Source: Chrysomallon squamiferum (lineage: Eukaryota; Animalia; Mollusca). Taken from it: 64,000 nt of DNA. The notes beneath the pieces are model-generated. The model did not search any database, was not told the origin of the DNA, and saw only the letters and a program-made list of their open reading frames with translations. Made by a program: the position numbers and the translations under genes. The first letter of the stretch is position 1, and each line of letters begins with the position of its first letter. The stretch spans positions 15,686,001-15,750,000 of the forward strand of contig CM022674.1 of NCBI GenBank assembly GCA_012295275.1, read 5' to 3'. Shown piece by piece: positions 60,483 to 64,000 of this stretch.

Positions 60483-62989
60483 TTGTGAGTGCTGGTGTAC
60501 AAACACACATTAGTATGTACACACCTGTGATATGTTGATGTGTGTGTTAAACAACAGCAGTGTGTTTACAGGTGATAGAGCTGGTGAATCGTGGAAGCAG
60601 GCCGCGGCTGAACAGTGTAACAAACATGATGCCGCAGTACAAAGATCTCATGCAGAGTTGCTGGTCACAGCACTCAAAGGACAGGCCAACCATTAAAAAG
60701 GCGAGTGATCTCCCCTTAACAGCTCTCCAAAATAAAAAATAAAAAAAAAACCCGTGTAATATTAATTACAATTTAAATATGAATAAAAATAATTCCTCCA
60801 TCAAAAAAATTTAAACAAACAAAAACAAAACAGAGCAAAACAAAGCTATATATATCTGTACCTCTCTGTGTATTTCTCTCTCTAATTAATTAAATAAAAT
60901 AATTAATTTAAGACAAAAATAAAAACAAGAGAAAAATAACAAATTAGAATTAAAAAAAATATATATTAATAAATAAAAGTTGTTACTGTACAAATGATGG
61001 GCGATATCACACTGCAATCATTTGCCAGTAACTAACAGTTATAATATACTTAAATATCTACATACACGTGATACACAAAATAACCTGCCACTATTTCTTC
61101 CCTTTTTATTTACAGGTTGTTCAGACCTTGAAGAATGTACAAAATCAGTCTGGATCATTTCAGAAAATAATTGACAGAAAAATTGAAACGTGAAGACAAA
61201 CAAATAATTAACTTTAATGGTTAGGCCAAGCTGAAGTTATTGTTCGACATTTTAACAACATGTGGAATTGATTGTAAACACTTTGGACACAATTGCTGAT
61301 TAAGAAACTACAGGTTTGAAATTGTTAGTTTAACTTACATGGTTGTATTTTGTTTTCTTACTGTTTTGAAATGATTTTTATAAAAGTTGCTGAGACAGAA
61401 CATTTGTTTTTCTTCTTTTATTACAGAAACAATAATACCCTTTTTTTAATTATTTTATTCTACATTAATTTGCTAAGTGCATTTAACTATTTCTTGAGAA
61501 AAGTGGTCTAAAAGTTTTTATTAAATTTATTTTTTGGTGATACAAAGAAATAGTCTGCATATTTCCAAATTCTATTATTTAATTTATATTGTTTGCTGTC
61601 CAATCTTAATTAATAATTAAGTATAACAACATAACACAGGGTGTTATAATTGGTTTGAAATACATATTCATTTCTAACATTATTTCATATTATTTTATTG
61701 TCATACTTTGTTAGATGCAGTGATAGATGAACCAAAACAATAAATTAATAACATATAAATATACAGAATGTATGTTTCAGTGTATTCATGTATGAATATA
61801 TATACTTAATGTCTGTTTTTATGTGCAAACTTATATATTTGTTGACTGTTTATTTGTAATTATATGTATCAAATGTTTTGCACCAGCTGGTAAAATCTTT
61901 ATATAAATTCCTTTGATCAGATTGTACTTAATTATACATGATTTGTTTATTATTGTCATTATACAATTATGATCACTGTATTATACATTTGTACACAATA
62001 ATTATTAACATGTATTTTATAATACCATTAGTTTATCAGTGGCTGTGTTATAATATCTGTATGTATTTATAACATTTTAAACAAAACAACCCAAAAACCC
62101 CAATTTTGTTTAAATAAAATATTTCTGTCACATGCAAGATTTATATTACCAAAGATGTTTATAATTACGTGTGATAATTTTGAGTGTACTGGAAATAAGA
62201 TTATTTTGCTGTCATTTGTTGCAATGTTCTGCAAGAATTCATTGAAAGAAATCAGTGTAATCAGTGAATGGAGTTACATTGAAAATGTTCTTTAGAAAAT
62301 TACTTCATGTGAATCCACATTTTGTGTACAAGGTCTGTGTGTGTATGCGTGTGTGTGTGCTTTGATGTGTCTATATATATATGTATATATGTTTTTATGT
62401 ATGTGTGTGTGTCTGTATATGTGTGTATATGTATCCTTTAGTGCCTATATATATATATATATATATATATATGTTTGTAAATATACATGTGTGCCAATAC
62501 TTGTGCATATCTATGTGTGTTTGCCTTCACAAATACCTTGTATCCATGATTCCAGATACCTATCAATATAATATATTCCAAAAAATCCCACCATATATAT
62601 ATATATAATTTATTTTTGAAGAATAACTTTACACCTGTTATTAAACCTGTTTTTGAATATGTTAACACAACTCTTTCTCATTTCTTTATATTTACAATTA
62701 TGTATACAAAATCCCACTTAAATTATTATTTTATTGACTTGTATTGTGTTAATCTTTTCTGTATATGCTCATAAATACACACACATACAAGCATACAGAC
62801 ATACATACATACTGCTGTTACTAAAATGTCCTGAAAATGAAGAAAATTGTAATACATTTTTATTTGTCTTTTTTCAATTAATTGATCATTCATAATTTGT
62901 TATATTTTACATTTGAATATTCAGAAAAAAGAAAACAAATATGTAATAAATATTTAGCTTTTCCCCATTCCTAATACACTGTTACAATA

Positions 62990-63100
62990 GTTACTTTAAT
63001 TTGCATATTCATAATATATTAGCTTAATACTTTAGTTTGTATATTCATAATATATTAGCATAATACTTTAATTTGCATATTCATAATATTTTAGTGTAAC
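62990..63100. repeat. 36-bp AT-rich tandem repeat (~3 units)
   Basis: Unit taatactttaatttgcatattcataatatattagc(t/a). Confidence 0.75.
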
Positions 63101-64000
63101 AATTGCTTTTACTTCCCTATTCATGACAGATTACTGTTACAATATTTTTACATTAGCAGATTCATAACACATTATTAAACCACGAAAGGGAAATAACTGA
63201 ACTGTGATAAAACTAGATGAAATCCAGGCTTTGTGTTTAGCCGTAAAACAGTCATTGTGAGTGTTCAGCTTATTCCTAATTTGTTATGATAATTATTATT
63301 TTACATTTTCGTATTGAAAATAATTATGATTTAACAATTATTTTACATACATGCATTTTAAATTAAATGTAATTTGTATTCTACATTTTAAATTAAATTT
63401 GTTATTATAATTAGTATTTCATATTTGCTTATTAATAATTATTATGTTTAATGATTATTAATTTTAATTTAAATGTTTGCAATTAATTATCAGTGACATT
63501 AACTTCTAAATTTACTCAAATAGGTTGCCCAGTACAGGCATGATTGAATATTGAGAATGAAAAATCATTCCAAACTTTGCTCATTATCCTTTTAATAATT
63601 TGTAAAATATCTTCGATTTGTTTGTTAACCATTTTTTAAATAAATCTGTGGTAAATCAGTTAATAATCATGATTTTTGTGAATAAAAACACTTTTTAACT
63701 TTTGAATCTATTGTCACTTGTGTTTATTAATAACCAATAGAAAGAAAGTGAAACTAGTGTAAGAAAAATATTTATTCACAATAGTTGTGAGTTTATTTCA
63801 AACACAGAGTGAATATACAACGTTTTCTGTGAATTCAGTGTAAAAAATACAACAGCTATATATATGTGTGTATGTGTCTACATATATATATATGCAATAT
63901 ACACACAGACACACACATTTACTATAATAACACATTTACTTTTCTTCCTACTATTGTGCCCGTTTGTTCATTCCACTTAAAAGTGTTTTAGTAGATAACA

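Overview
AT-rich, microsatellite-dense animal genomic DNA with spliceosomal introns and two 200-N scaffold gaps. A mollusc-like invertebrate origin is inferred from gene content only. The window is bracketed by an inverted duplication (1-5099 vs ~44703-59692) of a single-pass receptor-like TKL protein kinase gene, and the two copies carry different, largely complementary lesions. Between them lie, in order: a decayed cGAS/Mab21-like (cGLR) sequence with a 60-bp repeat at its 5' end, a class A GPCR TM4-TM6 fragment, the 3' four exons of a tyrosine decarboxylase-like gene, a PARP12/ZAP-like gene (CCCH-WWE-WWE-ART) with ~73 copies of a 17-aa repeat and several disabling lesions, two tandem PAN/apple + fibrinogen-domain genes whose splice acceptor and stop-codon regions have been amplified into minisatellites, and an internally deleted Ginger2-like transposon. 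A 3'-truncated Gypsy retrotransposon sits inside the right kinase copy. Most coding sequences are disrupted, and some single-base indels may be assembly errors. All calls come from manual translation and remembered motifs; no database searches were run.
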